From positions 1 to 16,444 of the forward strand of contig JBBDTI010000087.1 in NCBI GenBank assembly GCA_040904565.1: a stretch of DNA of 16,444 bases, in the 5' to 3' direction. The translations under genes were made by a program, and so were the position numbers. The notes under the pieces are model-generated. The model did not search any database, was not told the origin of the DNA, and worked only from the letters and a program-made list of their open reading frames with translations. Shown here one piece after another: positions 1 to 8,086 of this stretch (positions are counted from its first letter, which is position 1; each line of letters opens with the position of its first letter). This stretch comes from Rhodothermales bacterium (lineage in GTDB: Bacteria > Bacteroidota > Rhodothermia > Rhodothermales > VXPQ01).

Positions 1-1
1 G

Positions 2-75
2 TGCGCACGGGAGGATTCGAACCCCCGGCCTTTGGAACCGGAATCCAACGCTCTATCCAACTGAGCTACGTGCGC
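2..75 (-). tRNA. tRNA-Arg(CCG)
   Basis: Reverse complement reads GCGCACG TAGCTCAGTTGGATAGAGC G TTGGA-TTCCGGT-TCCAA AGGCC GGGGGTTCGAATCCTCC CGTGCGC A. It has a 7-bp acceptor stem, D arm, anticodon CCG at 39-41 and a GTTCGAATC T loop. Position 1 would be the first C of a possible CCA cut by the window edge. Confidence 0.97.
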
Positions 76-331
76 ATGGACGGCCGGAATCGCACGCGGC
101 GTCCGGCCAGGTTCCATCAAAATAGTAAGCGGACAATAGGTTCCTTGATCGCCGTTCGCAGGGCGCCCGCGTCGCACATCCGTTCGGCTGTCCTTACGGC
201 CGTACGTGCGGGCGTCCACACGAACATTCCACGCGAACGTGACGTGCCCGGTGCTCCGCCAGCCGTCGCGCGCCGGTCAGGCATCGGCGGGTTTGAAGGG
301 AACGAAGTGCTGGTATTCCAGTCGCATACTC

Positions 332-359
332 TTGCAACCTCGTGTGAAATTCGTACATT
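332..359 (+). promoter_or_regulatory. Candidate housekeeping sigma-70 promoter for the sigma-factor operon (TTGCAA-N16-TACATT)
   Basis: TTGCAA at 332-337 and TACATT at 354-359 with a 16-bp spacer, in a locally AT-richer part of the divergent tRNA/sigma intergenic region. Motif match only. Confidence 0.35.
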
Positions 360-523
360 GAAGGCCCGCCCATGCAGATTGCCAGTGTACGTCCACCGTC
401 CAAGCCGAGGCGGTCTGTGCACCGAATCCTTTGATGGAATGCCCCACTGATCGCCAGCCGGTTGGATCATGGCCGGTATTGATGCTCGGCGTCTGATTGA
501 CCACTCACAATCCCCGATCCGAG

Positions 524-1357
524 ATGGCCTACGCCTTTCTGGAGATCGATGCAGCTGATCCTCCGCCGGACGATCGAGCGCTTATCCGCATGTTTCGGGA
601 AGATCCCGAGGCGGCGTACGGGAAGCTCCTCGATCGGTTCACGGGCGTTATGCTGCGCATGATCCGGAAGTTCATGCGCGATCCGGATGAGGTGATGGAA
701 GTCTATACCGCGTTGTGTGAACGCTTCAGGGCGCACGACTATCGGGCTCTTCGCAACTTTCGTGTCGGCAGCGATCTGCTTCCGTGGCTCAGCGTCGTCG
801 TGGCCAACGCCTGTCGCGATCGATTGCGCAAGCGACGGATGACATCCGTTCCGAAATCCGTTCTTTCCAAGCTCGATTCATTCGAGGAGCTCGTATTCAA
901 ATACTACTACTGGCGGCGCGTGCCGCACGAGGATATCGCGGAGATCATCAGCACGAACGAGGCCACGTCGTGCAGCCCGCTGGATGTGATGCGGGCCATC
1001 GGAAAGATCAACGATCTCCTGTCTGTGAACAAGCGCTGGCACCTCCTCGTCGCACTGAACGCCAATCGCCCCTCCCTCTCCATCGAAGAGCTTCGGGAAT
1101 TGGGCGTTTTCCCGGCCGTGACGGAGCCGTCCGGCGACGTCGATGAGGCGCTTCAGAACCGGAATCGCGTCGATCGGCTTAACGAAGCGCTCGAAGAGCT
1201 GGAGAATGAGGATCGTCTCCTCGTGTTACTGCGCTACGAGCATGGCATGACGGCATCTCAAATCGCAGACGTAATGTCGTACGACAACCACAAGTACGTC
1301 TATACGCGGCTCCGGACCATCGTCTCGCGCCTCCGTCGAATCCTGGACGAGGATTGA
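524..1357 (+). CDS. RNA polymerase sigma-70 family (ECF-like) sigma factor with an extra internal region-4-like HTH
   Basis: Region 2 pattern (AAYGKLLDRF...LRMIRK...WLSVVVANACRDRLRKRR) and C-terminal region 4 (ALEELENEDRLLVLLRYEHGMTASQIADVM). Start is ATG 524 or in-frame TTG 497. Confidence 0.88.
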   Translation: MAYAFLEIDAADPPPDDRALIRMFREDPEAAYGKLLDRFTGVMLRMIRKFMRDPDEVMEVYTALCERFRAHDYRALRNFRVGSDLLPWLSVVVANACRDRLRKRRMTSVPKSVLSKLDSFEELVFKYYYWRRVPHEDIAEIISTNEATSCSPLDVMRAIGKINDLLSVNKRWHLLVALNANRPSLSIEELRELGVFPAVTEPSGDVDEALQNRNRVDRLNEALEELENEDRLLVLLRYEHGMTASQIADVMSYDNHKYVYTRLRTIVSRLRRILDED

Positions 1358-1365
1358 CGTACCGT

Positions 1366-2385
1366 ATGTCCGACCTGTTGGACGAGTCCGTCGTTGACGT
1401 GCTGGCGGATCCGTGGGACGCTTCCGGAACCGTTAGGATGGACGGATGGCTCGAGCGCCGGGCCATTTCGCCCACCGCTATGGCATTTGTGGCGCTGATC
1501 GGAGCCTTCATCCTGTTTCAGGTGATCGTCAGCCCGCTTGCCGTGGTGGCGCTTTTAATGGCCCAGGGGGTCGACGCGTCAGCGCTCTTGGGTGATGTCG
1601 ATCGCATCATCGCGGAGCACGCCGCGTCGCTGCTGACGGCGAACTCCATCGGCCAGGTGCTGGGCCTGGCCATCCCGGCGTATCTGCTGGCGCGCATGCA
1701 CACGGGGCGTCCCATGGCCTTCCTGCGCATGCGTCGAACCGACGCGGTTTTTATCGTGCTCGCGGTGGTGGGCCTCCTCGCGATAACGCCGGCGATTCAG
1801 TGGCTCGGCGCGGTGAACGAGCAGCTGCCCCTGCCGGATTATATCCGCCGGTTCGAGCAGTCGCAGATCGAGCTCATCGAGCGCGTGCTAAACGTGGACA
1901 CGGGCCTGCTGTTCAACGTGTTCGTTCTCGCCCTGACCCCGGCGCTCTGCGAGGAGGTGCTTTTTCGAGGATACGTGCAGCGTCAGGCGGAGCGCGGCAT
2001 GGGTGCTGCGGCCGGCATACTCTTTTCGGGAATGGTATTCGGTGCGTATCACCTTCGATTTTCCCAAATTCTTCCGTTGTGCGTGCTGGGCATCTTTCTC
2101 GCCTACCTCGTCTGGCGGACCGGCAGCCTGTGGCCGGCCATCGTCGTGCATTTTGCGAATAACGCCATGGCCGTCGCCATGGGCGCGTATATATCGCGCC
2201 GCCCGGAACTAGAACTCGCGGATATCGAACAATTAGACGTACCCTGGTACCTGTTGATACTCGGCGTTACCCTGTTCGCCGTCGTCATCGTGGGTATCGA
2301 ACGTGCAGCCAAGGCACGACTGGCGTTTCCGGGAGCGTCTGAGAATCTGTCAGAGGAGAACGATCATACGAGGGCAAGATCATGA
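1366..2385 (+). CDS. CPBP (Abi/CAAX protease) family intramembrane glutamic endopeptidase
   Basis: Multiple transmembrane segments with CPBP motifs EEVLFRG, FGAYH and HFANN. Start is ATG 1366 (alternative TTG 1354 overlapping the upstream stop). Confidence 0.93.
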   Translation: MSDLLDESVVDVLADPWDASGTVRMDGWLERRAISPTAMAFVALIGAFILFQVIVSPLAVVALLMAQGVDASALLGDVDRIIAEHAASLLTANSIGQVLGLAIPAYLLARMHTGRPMAFLRMRRTDAVFIVLAVVGLLAITPAIQWLGAVNEQLPLPDYIRRFEQSQIELIERVLNVDTGLLFNVFVLALTPALCEEVLFRGYVQRQAERGMGAAAGILFSGMVFGAYHLRFSQILPLCVLGIFLAYLVWRTGSLWPAIVVHFANNAMAVAMGAYISRRPELELADIEQLDVPWYLLILGVTLFAVVIVGIERAAKARLAFPGASENLSEENDHTRARS

Positions 2386-2759
2386 GCGACCGCACCTTTG
2401 AAGAATGGTTCATCGTTTTTCAGAGCGGGACGGACTATGAGGCGGACCTCGTCCGAGACCGCCTCGACGACTCCGGTGTGGATGCCGTGGTCCTGACGCA
2501 GCGCGACCACGCGTTCAACCTCAACGTGGGGGACCTGTCGGATGTAAGCGTACTCGTACCACCGGACCAGGTCGAGAAGGCCATGGAGGTGCTGCACAGC
2601 GAGCCTTTCAGCGACGAGGAGCTTAATGCGGCTGCAATGGCCGCGAATCCGAAGGCGCCGCCGGCACACGACGCCCGCAGCGAGGCCATGCTCGATTCCG
2701 GCGCGGAGTCCATCGATATTTCGTCGCCTGAAGAGGAAGACGACGACACTTCGACATGA
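2382..2759 (+). CDS. DUF2007-like (putative signal-transducing) protein with acidic C-terminal tail
   Basis: Pattern W..VF....YEADLVRDRLDDSGVDAVV...D......G...VLVPP.QVEKA..VL typical of DUF2007. ATGA overlap with the upstream CPBP gene. Confidence 0.8.
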   Translation: MSDRTFEEWFIVFQSGTDYEADLVRDRLDDSGVDAVVLTQRDHAFNLNVGDLSDVSVLVPPDQVEKAMEVLHSEPFSDEELNAAAMAANPKAPPAHDARSEAMLDSGAESIDISSPEEEDDDTST

Positions 2760-2774
2760 TTGCCGCCGGATCGC

Positions 2775-3623
2775 GTGTCTAATCTCGCACTTCGCATCCT
2801 GACCGCCGTCGTCGGAATCCCGGTCGTCGTCGGCCTGATGTTTCTCGGCGGGTGGCCGTTCGCGCTACTCGTTCTGGGCGTTGCGCTGTTGTCACAATAC
2901 GAAATCTACGTTCTGCTCGAGGCGGCGGGCGCCCGGCCGTACGGTATACCCGGTCTGGTTCTCGGCGCCTTCGTCGTGTTGCAGGCCATGCACCCGCCCC
3001 TGATCTACGCAGCCGTAGCGGCTGTCCTGGCTCTGCTGGCGTGGTTTCCCTTCGAACAAGCCGGGTACGGTCTCGACGAGGCGCCCGGGCCGGCAGGTGG
3101 ACTCGAACGAATGTCAGCGACCCTGTTTGGGGTCGTGTATCCTGCCGCCCTGCTGTCGCTGCTCCTCGCCATTCGAAATGGACGCGGCCCGGCGGTGGGC
3201 GAAGGCGAGGCGTTCTACCTGACACTCATGGTTTTTCTGCTCGTGTGGAGCTCCGACACGTGTGCCTATTTCGCCGGTCGAGCTATCGGTAAACGTCCGC
3301 TCGCACCTCGTATCTCACCGAAAAAGACGTGGGCGGGGGCCGTCGGCGGCGTTCTCGGAGCCGTCGCTGTCGGGGTCGTCATCAAGCTCGCGGCCCTCGA
3401 AGCACTCTCCCTGATGCACGTCGTGCTGCTGGGGGGGATCGCCTCGGTGGTCGGACAGCTGGGCGATCTGGCGGAAAGCAGGATGAAACGACTCGCTGGC
3501 GTAAAGGACTCGGGTACGTTACTACCCGGACACGGTGGGTTTCTGGATCGCTTCGATGCGCTCATTCTCGTTGCGCCTGCCGTGTATCTCTACCTTCGAT
3601 TCGTGGCAGGTCTGATTGGATGA
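2775..3623 (+). CDS. cdsA: Phosphatidate cytidylyltransferase
   Basis: Polytopic membrane protein with ISPKKTW and GDLAES.MKR.AGVKDSG.LLPGHGGFLDRFD signature. GTG 2775 gives a typical N-terminus MSNLALRILTA; alternative TTG 2760. Confidence 0.95.
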   Translation: MSNLALRILTAVVGIPVVVGLMFLGGWPFALLVLGVALLSQYEIYVLLEAAGARPYGIPGLVLGAFVVLQAMHPPLIYAAVAAVLALLAWFPFEQAGYGLDEAPGPAGGLERMSATLFGVVYPAALLSLLLAIRNGRGPAVGEGEAFYLTLMVFLLVWSSDTCAYFAGRAIGKRPLAPRISPKKTWAGAVGGVLGAVAVGVVIKLAALEALSLMHVVLLGGIASVVGQLGDLAESRMKRLAGVKDSGTLLPGHGGFLDRFDALILVAPAVYLYLRFVAGLIG

Positions 3624-3727
3624 GGTTGTGGGTAGGGGCATGCTGACGGAACGGTGTAACAATCCTCCGTGTATATTACCTCCTCTTCCGCACCGGAATT
3701 GATTAGGTTGACCGCCGCCCCAATGTC

Positions 3728-3934
3728 ATGAGTATTTTTATGCCAGGGTCGCGTTCGAAGCACCGTCGGTTCTCGTACGAACCGCGATTTTACGACCCGA
3801 AGAAGGACGAGGACCTTCGGCGCCGCATGCGCATCAAGAGCCTGTCGCGCCGCAAGCGCAGGAATCCGGCCGGGATTCTCTTGTTTGTGATCTTGCTTGC
3901 TATGGCGATCTTCGTGTACTACCAGATCGGTTAG
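3728..3934 (+). CDS. Small basic hypothetical protein with C-terminal membrane anchor
   Basis: 68-aa ATG ORF filling the cdsA-mutL gap. Contains RRFSYEPRFYDPKKD, an Arg/Lys-rich middle and one terminal hydrophobic helix (GILLFVILLAMAIFVYY). Confidence 0.75.
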   Translation: MSIFMPGSRSKHRRFSYEPRFYDPKKDEDLRRRMRIKSLSRRKRRNPAGILLFVILLAMAIFVYYQIG

Positions 3935-4045
3935 CGACATTATTATCCGGGCATGACGGCCGGCCGGTCCTCATCTTCCGTGTTGCGGCGCACGTCGTCG
4001 CGAACCGTGTCGTAAGCAGCATATCCTTTTACAGGAGAAGAATTC

Positions 4046-5875
4046 GTGTCTGACGTTTCCGTAGAATCGGAAGGATGCATCCGCGTGATGCCGGAGGCCC
4101 TCGCCAACAAGATTGCGGCGGGCGAAGTCGTCGAACGTCCGGCATCCGCAGCAAAAGAGCTGCTGGAGAACGCCATCGATGCGGGGGCCCGCGACGTGTC
4201 GCTCATCCTGAAGAGCTCCGGGTCGGAGCTGATTCAGGTCGTCGATGACGGGAGCGGAATGAGTTCGGAGGACGCGCACGCCTGTTTTCGTCGGCACGCG
4301 ACGAGTAAGATATCGGCGATCGAAGACCTCGATCGAATTCGTACCCTTGGCTTCCGGGGTGAGGCGCTGGCGTCTATCGCAGCCGTGAGCCAGGTGGAGC
4401 TGCGTACGAAGCGCCCTGAGGATCAGGCCGGCGTTCTGGTCCGGCTGGAGGGCGGTGAGCTCAGAGCGTCGGAGCCGTGTGCAACGCCGACCGGGACCTC
4501 CGTAGCCGTCAAGAACCTGTTCTACAACGTACCTGCGCGCCGCAATTTCCTCAAGACTCCCGCCACGGAGCTTCGTCACATCGTCGAAACCTTTCAGGCG
4601 ATCGCACTCTCGCATCCCGACGTGGCCTTTTCGCTTATAAACGATGAGATGGAGATGCATCGCCTTCCGGCTGAATCGGTCGGTTCAGACGATGACGTGC
4701 TCGAAGCGCTCCGCGGACGCATCGAGGTGCTGTTCGGCGACTCCCACGTCGATCGGCTCGTTCCCGTCGAGGAGCAGACCAGCTATCTGACCGTTCGCGG
4801 GTTCGTGGGGGAGCCGGACCTGCACAAGAAAAGTCGTGGAGAACAGTTCCTGTTTGTTAACGAGCGGTCCGTTCGCAACCGCTCCATCGAACATGCGATT
4901 TACTCGGCGTTCGGAGACCTGCTGCCCGAGGGCGCCTATCCGTTTTTTGCCCTGTTTCTTTCTCTGGATCCGTCGCGTGTAGATGTGAACGTGCATCCGG
5001 CCAAGGCCGAGGTCAAGTTCGACGACGACCGGGGTATCTATAATTTCCTGAAATCGATCGTTCGCAAGGGGCTCGGCTCCGCCATGCTGACGCCTCAAGT
5101 AGATCCGGAGAACGGGCATTGGTCGGTCTCTACGTCGCCGACGGAATTCTTCACCGGTGCCGGCGGCGGTTCGTCGCGAGGCATTCCATCCAGTTTCCAG
5201 CCGCTGCGTTCATCCCGTGAGGCCGGTCGTCGCTCGGAGGAGCTCTACGGCGGTCAGCGCTCGAGGTGGGATGGCCACGTCAGGTCGGAGGAGGAGGGGG
5301 AAGCGGTCGACGATACGCTTCTGTGGCAGCTGCACGATCGCTACATTCTGACGCAGATCCGGTCGGGGCTCATGATCCTGGATCAGAACGCGGCCCACGA
5401 GCGGATCCTCTACGAGCGGTCGCTGAATCACGTTGAAAACGGATTGGGTCTCTCGCAGCAGCTTCTTTTTCCCCAAACCGTCGAATTCGCTGCGTCTGAC
5501 TTCGAACTGCTCAAGGAGCTGCTGCCGGATCTCCGGGCGCTCGGTTTCGATCTCGAGACGCTGAGCGGTCGATCCGCCGTCGTTCGGGGCGTCCCCTCGG
5601 ACATTCGCTCCGGTGATGAAAAAAGCGTGCTGGAGGATATACTGGATCAGTACAAGCTCAATCGCGAGCATCTGAGGGTCGGTCGCCGCGAGAATCTGTG
5701 TAAGAGCCTGGCGCGCCGGAGCGCGATCCGCCCGGGAACGCGGCTCACCCCGAAGGAGATGCGGGGCCTGATCGACCAGCTGTTTGCCTGTGAAATGCCG
5801 TATGCCTGTCCGCAGGGACGGTCCACCATCGTGAAGATTCCCATCGAAGAGCTGGACAAGCGGTTTAGCCGCTAA
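4046..5875 (+). CDS. mutL: DNA mismatch repair protein MutL
   Basis: GHKL ATPase motifs KIAAGEVVERPAS, ELLENAIDAG, TLGFRGEALASI; DVNVHPAK; MutL_C domain. AGGAG at 4033-4037 precedes the GTG start. Confidence 0.98.
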   Translation: MSDVSVESEGCIRVMPEALANKIAAGEVVERPASAAKELLENAIDAGARDVSLILKSSGSELIQVVDDGSGMSSEDAHACFRRHATSKISAIEDLDRIRTLGFRGEALASIAAVSQVELRTKRPEDQAGVLVRLEGGELRASEPCATPTGTSVAVKNLFYNVPARRNFLKTPATELRHIVETFQAIALSHPDVAFSLINDEMEMHRLPAESVGSDDDVLEALRGRIEVLFGDSHVDRLVPVEEQTSYLTVRGFVGEPDLHKKSRGEQFLFVNERSVRNRSIEHAIYSAFGDLLPEGAYPFFALFLSLDPSRVDVNVHPAKAEVKFDDDRGIYNFLKSIVRKGLGSAMLTPQVDPENGHWSVSTSPTEFFTGAGGGSSRGIPSSFQPLRSSREAGRRSEELYGGQRSRWDGHVRSEEEGEAVDDTLLWQLHDRYILTQIRSGLMILDQNAAHERILYERSLNHVENGLGLSQQLLFPQTVEFAASDFELLKELLPDLRALGFDLETLSGRSAVVRGVPSDIRSGDEKSVLEDILDQYKLNREHLRVGRRENLCKSLARRSAIRPGTRLTPKEMRGLIDQLFACEMPYACPQGRSTIVKIPIEELDKRFSR

Positions 5876-5890
5876 CCGGCGTCGCGCGGC

Positions 5891-7333
5891 ATGGACTCCC
5901 TGCTTGAACGTGTGGATGCTTTCATCCGCAGGCATGCCCTGCTGGATTCGGGCGAGCCGGTAGTGGTCGGCATCAGTGGTGGTGCCGATTCGATCGTGCT
6001 GGCGGCGATGCTTCTGGATCTGGGGCATCCGCTTTTGGCCGTTCACGTGAATTTCGGCTTGCGGGGTGCCGCGTCCGCCGCTGACGAGGCGTTCGTACGA
6101 CAATGGTGCCGCGAGCGCAACATCGATCTGGTCGTACGATCCGTCGACACGCTCGAGGAGGCCGATGCGAGCGGTGCCTCGGTCCAGGAAGCGGCCCGTC
6201 ACCTTCGATACGCCGCCTTCCGGGCTGTGGCCCTGGACGGCGGCGTGCGAAAAGTGGCGGTCGGACATCATCGCGACGATCAGGCGGAGACCGTGCTCTT
6301 GCATCTCTTTCGGGGTACGGGACCGGAAGGACTCGCGGGCATGCCGGTACGACGACCGATCCATTCATCCGGGGAGTGCGAGGTCGTCGTCGTGCGGCCG
6401 ATGCTCTGCCTCCGTCGCGCGGAGATCGAGTCATACGCGCAAGGAAAGGGATTCGCATGGCGCGACGACGAAACGAATACGCAGCCGAAGTACCGCCGGG
6501 GCGCGCTTCGCGGGGAGATCCTGCCGCTGCTGGAGAAGCACTTCGGAGCCTCGGTCGTCGAAAACGTGGCGCGTTCGGGCGACCTGGTGAGAGACTACCT
6601 CGAAGCGTCCCTGAAGGCTGATCTTGAAGCGGCGTTTGGTTCAGCGCTTCGGTCGGACGAGGAGGGGGGCGGATCCGCCGACCTGGCCGCGATCCGGAAC
6701 CTGCCGGACGTGCTTCGTCACCGGGTGTTCATCGAGGCCCTTCGGAGGTGGCTGCCGGGAGTAGAAGCGAACGCCCGGGCCGCGCAGGAGATCGACGAGC
6801 TTGTGGACGCCCAGCCGGGCGGCCGCGTCGAATATGGGATGGGGGTCGTGTGGCGGGAGCGCGACCGGCTTTATTTCAGTCCGGCCGGAAAGGAGATCCG
6901 TCTCGCGGCGGAATCCCTTGATGCAGGCGCCAGCGTCCGACTTCCTCACGGCATACTCCGAGCGCAGCGGCTTCCCCATCCACCCGAGGTTCCGGCCGAG
7001 GGAGCACCGCTCGACGTGTATCTGGATGCACGGTCGATCCGCTTCCCGCTCACCGTGCGTCCGTGGACTACCGGTGACCGGTTCGTTCCGCTCGGCATGC
7101 GCGGGACCAAGAAAGTCAGTGATTTTTTAACGGATGAGCGCGTTCGTCCGCATCGAAAGGCCGGCGTGCACGTCGTGGAGTCGGACGGGCGCATCGTCTG
7201 GGTCGTGGCGCTTCGCATCGCGCACGGCGTGCGCCTGCTCCCGGATTCGAGTGAGACCGTGCAGTTGAGTTACGATCCTGATGCAGGAGCCGGACATGCT
7301 GTTTCGAGCCGGAAGGGCGCCCGCGAAGATTGA
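5891..7333 (+). CDS. tilS: tRNA(Ile)-lysidine synthase
   Basis: PP-loop ISGGADS, AARHLRY, HHRDDQAETVL, RPML, and C-terminal TilS_C segment (VRPW..GDRFVPLGM.GTKKVSDFL). Adjacent to hpt. Confidence 0.97.
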   Translation: MDSLLERVDAFIRRHALLDSGEPVVVGISGGADSIVLAAMLLDLGHPLLAVHVNFGLRGAASAADEAFVRQWCRERNIDLVVRSVDTLEEADASGASVQEAARHLRYAAFRAVALDGGVRKVAVGHHRDDQAETVLLHLFRGTGPEGLAGMPVRRPIHSSGECEVVVVRPMLCLRRAEIESYAQGKGFAWRDDETNTQPKYRRGALRGEILPLLEKHFGASVVENVARSGDLVRDYLEASLKADLEAAFGSALRSDEEGGGSADLAAIRNLPDVLRHRVFIEALRRWLPGVEANARAAQEIDELVDAQPGGRVEYGMGVVWRERDRLYFSPAGKEIRLAAESLDAGASVRLPHGILRAQRLPHPPEVPAEGAPLDVYLDARSIRFPLTVRPWTTGDRFVPLGMRGTKKVSDFLTDERVRPHRKAGVHVVESDGRIVWVVALRIAHGVRLLPDSSETVQLSYDPDAGAGHAVSSRKGARED

Positions 7334-7421
7334 CGTACGCGTCGCGGCCGTGCCGTTGCGTCAAGGACGCCGCCGACGGGTGCATTAATTTCTATCCAGT
7401 CCCCCTCAAAAGCCTTACAGG

Positions 7422-8039
7422 ATGTCTACCGACCCCCCCGGAATGGAGACCGGACCGAACGGCTCCGGAGACGCCGCCGCAAACGCCGTCTCGTTTCGCG
7501 GCGAACGGTTCGATCTGTACCTCGATCGCCAGCGGATCCAGCGGCGCGTGGACGAGATGGGTGCAGCCGTCTCAGACGACTATGCGGGAAAGACGCCCAT
7601 TCTCATCGGCGTGCTGAACGGATCGTTCATCTTTCTGGCCGACCTGATGCGCTCCATCACGATCGACTGCGAGGTCGATTTCTGGAAGCTTTCTTCCTAC
7701 GGCGCCCGGAAGGTATCCAGCGGCGACGTCACCGAGCTGAAGAAAGTGGATGCAGAGCTCGCCGGACGACATGTCATCGTAGTCGAGGACATCGTCGATA
7801 CGGGCCTCTCCATCGAGTACGTCGTCCAGCGCATTCAAGATTACGGGCCGGCCTCGCTCCGTGTCGCGACGCTGCTCCATAAGCCGGAGGCGACGGCTTC
7901 CGAGGTCGAGCTCGACTATGTCGGGTTTCGCATACCGGACCGTTTCGTCATCGGATACGGGTTGGATTTTGGACAGCTCGGCCGCAATTTGCCCGAGATC
8001 TACATTCAGTCGGACGAGCAGGTGTCTAGAGGAGGGTAA
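7422..8039 (+). CDS. hpt: Hypoxanthine phosphoribosyltransferase
   Basis: VLNGSFIFLADL, LSSYG, PRPP-binding VIVVEDIVDTGLS, FVIGYGLD and RNLP motifs. Confidence 0.97.
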   Translation: MSTDPPGMETGPNGSGDAAANAVSFRGERFDLYLDRQRIQRRVDEMGAAVSDDYAGKTPILIGVLNGSFIFLADLMRSITIDCEVDFWKLSSYGARKVSSGDVTELKKVDAELAGRHVIVVEDIVDTGLSIEYVVQRIQDYGPASLRVATLLHKPEATASEVELDYVGFRIPDRFVIGYGLDFGQLGRNLPEIYIQSDEQVSRGG

Positions 8040-8086
8040 TTCGGGAGACCGGATGTGGTAAACAGAGAAAGGAAGGCCGTCCCGGC

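Noticed and set aside
1-75. tRNA 3' end as a possible integration site
   Set aside because: The 3' side lies outside the window, and no integrase or duplicated tRNA end is present inside it.
1-450. 149-aa ORF and other ORFs over the tRNA and intergenic region
   Set aside because: The start is the antisense of the tRNA, and the translations show no protein-like signatures.
3314-3337. CdsA motif SPKKTWAG instead of the more usual SPxKTWEG, and similarly TilS YRRGALR instead of YxRNxxR
   Set aside because: Single substitutions with all other catalytic motifs intact; within normal family variation as far as can be judged.
3640-3680. Possible ECF-type (GGAAC...CGT) or TATATT promoter upstream of the small protein gene
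   Set aside because: Spacing and -35 matches are poor, and the specificity of the local sigma factor is unknown.
1352-7338. Identical 11-mer GATTGACGTAC at the ends of the sigma gene (1352-1362) and tilS (7328-7338)
   Set aside because: Largely explained by an Asp codon plus TGA stop; only two copies and no further similarity.
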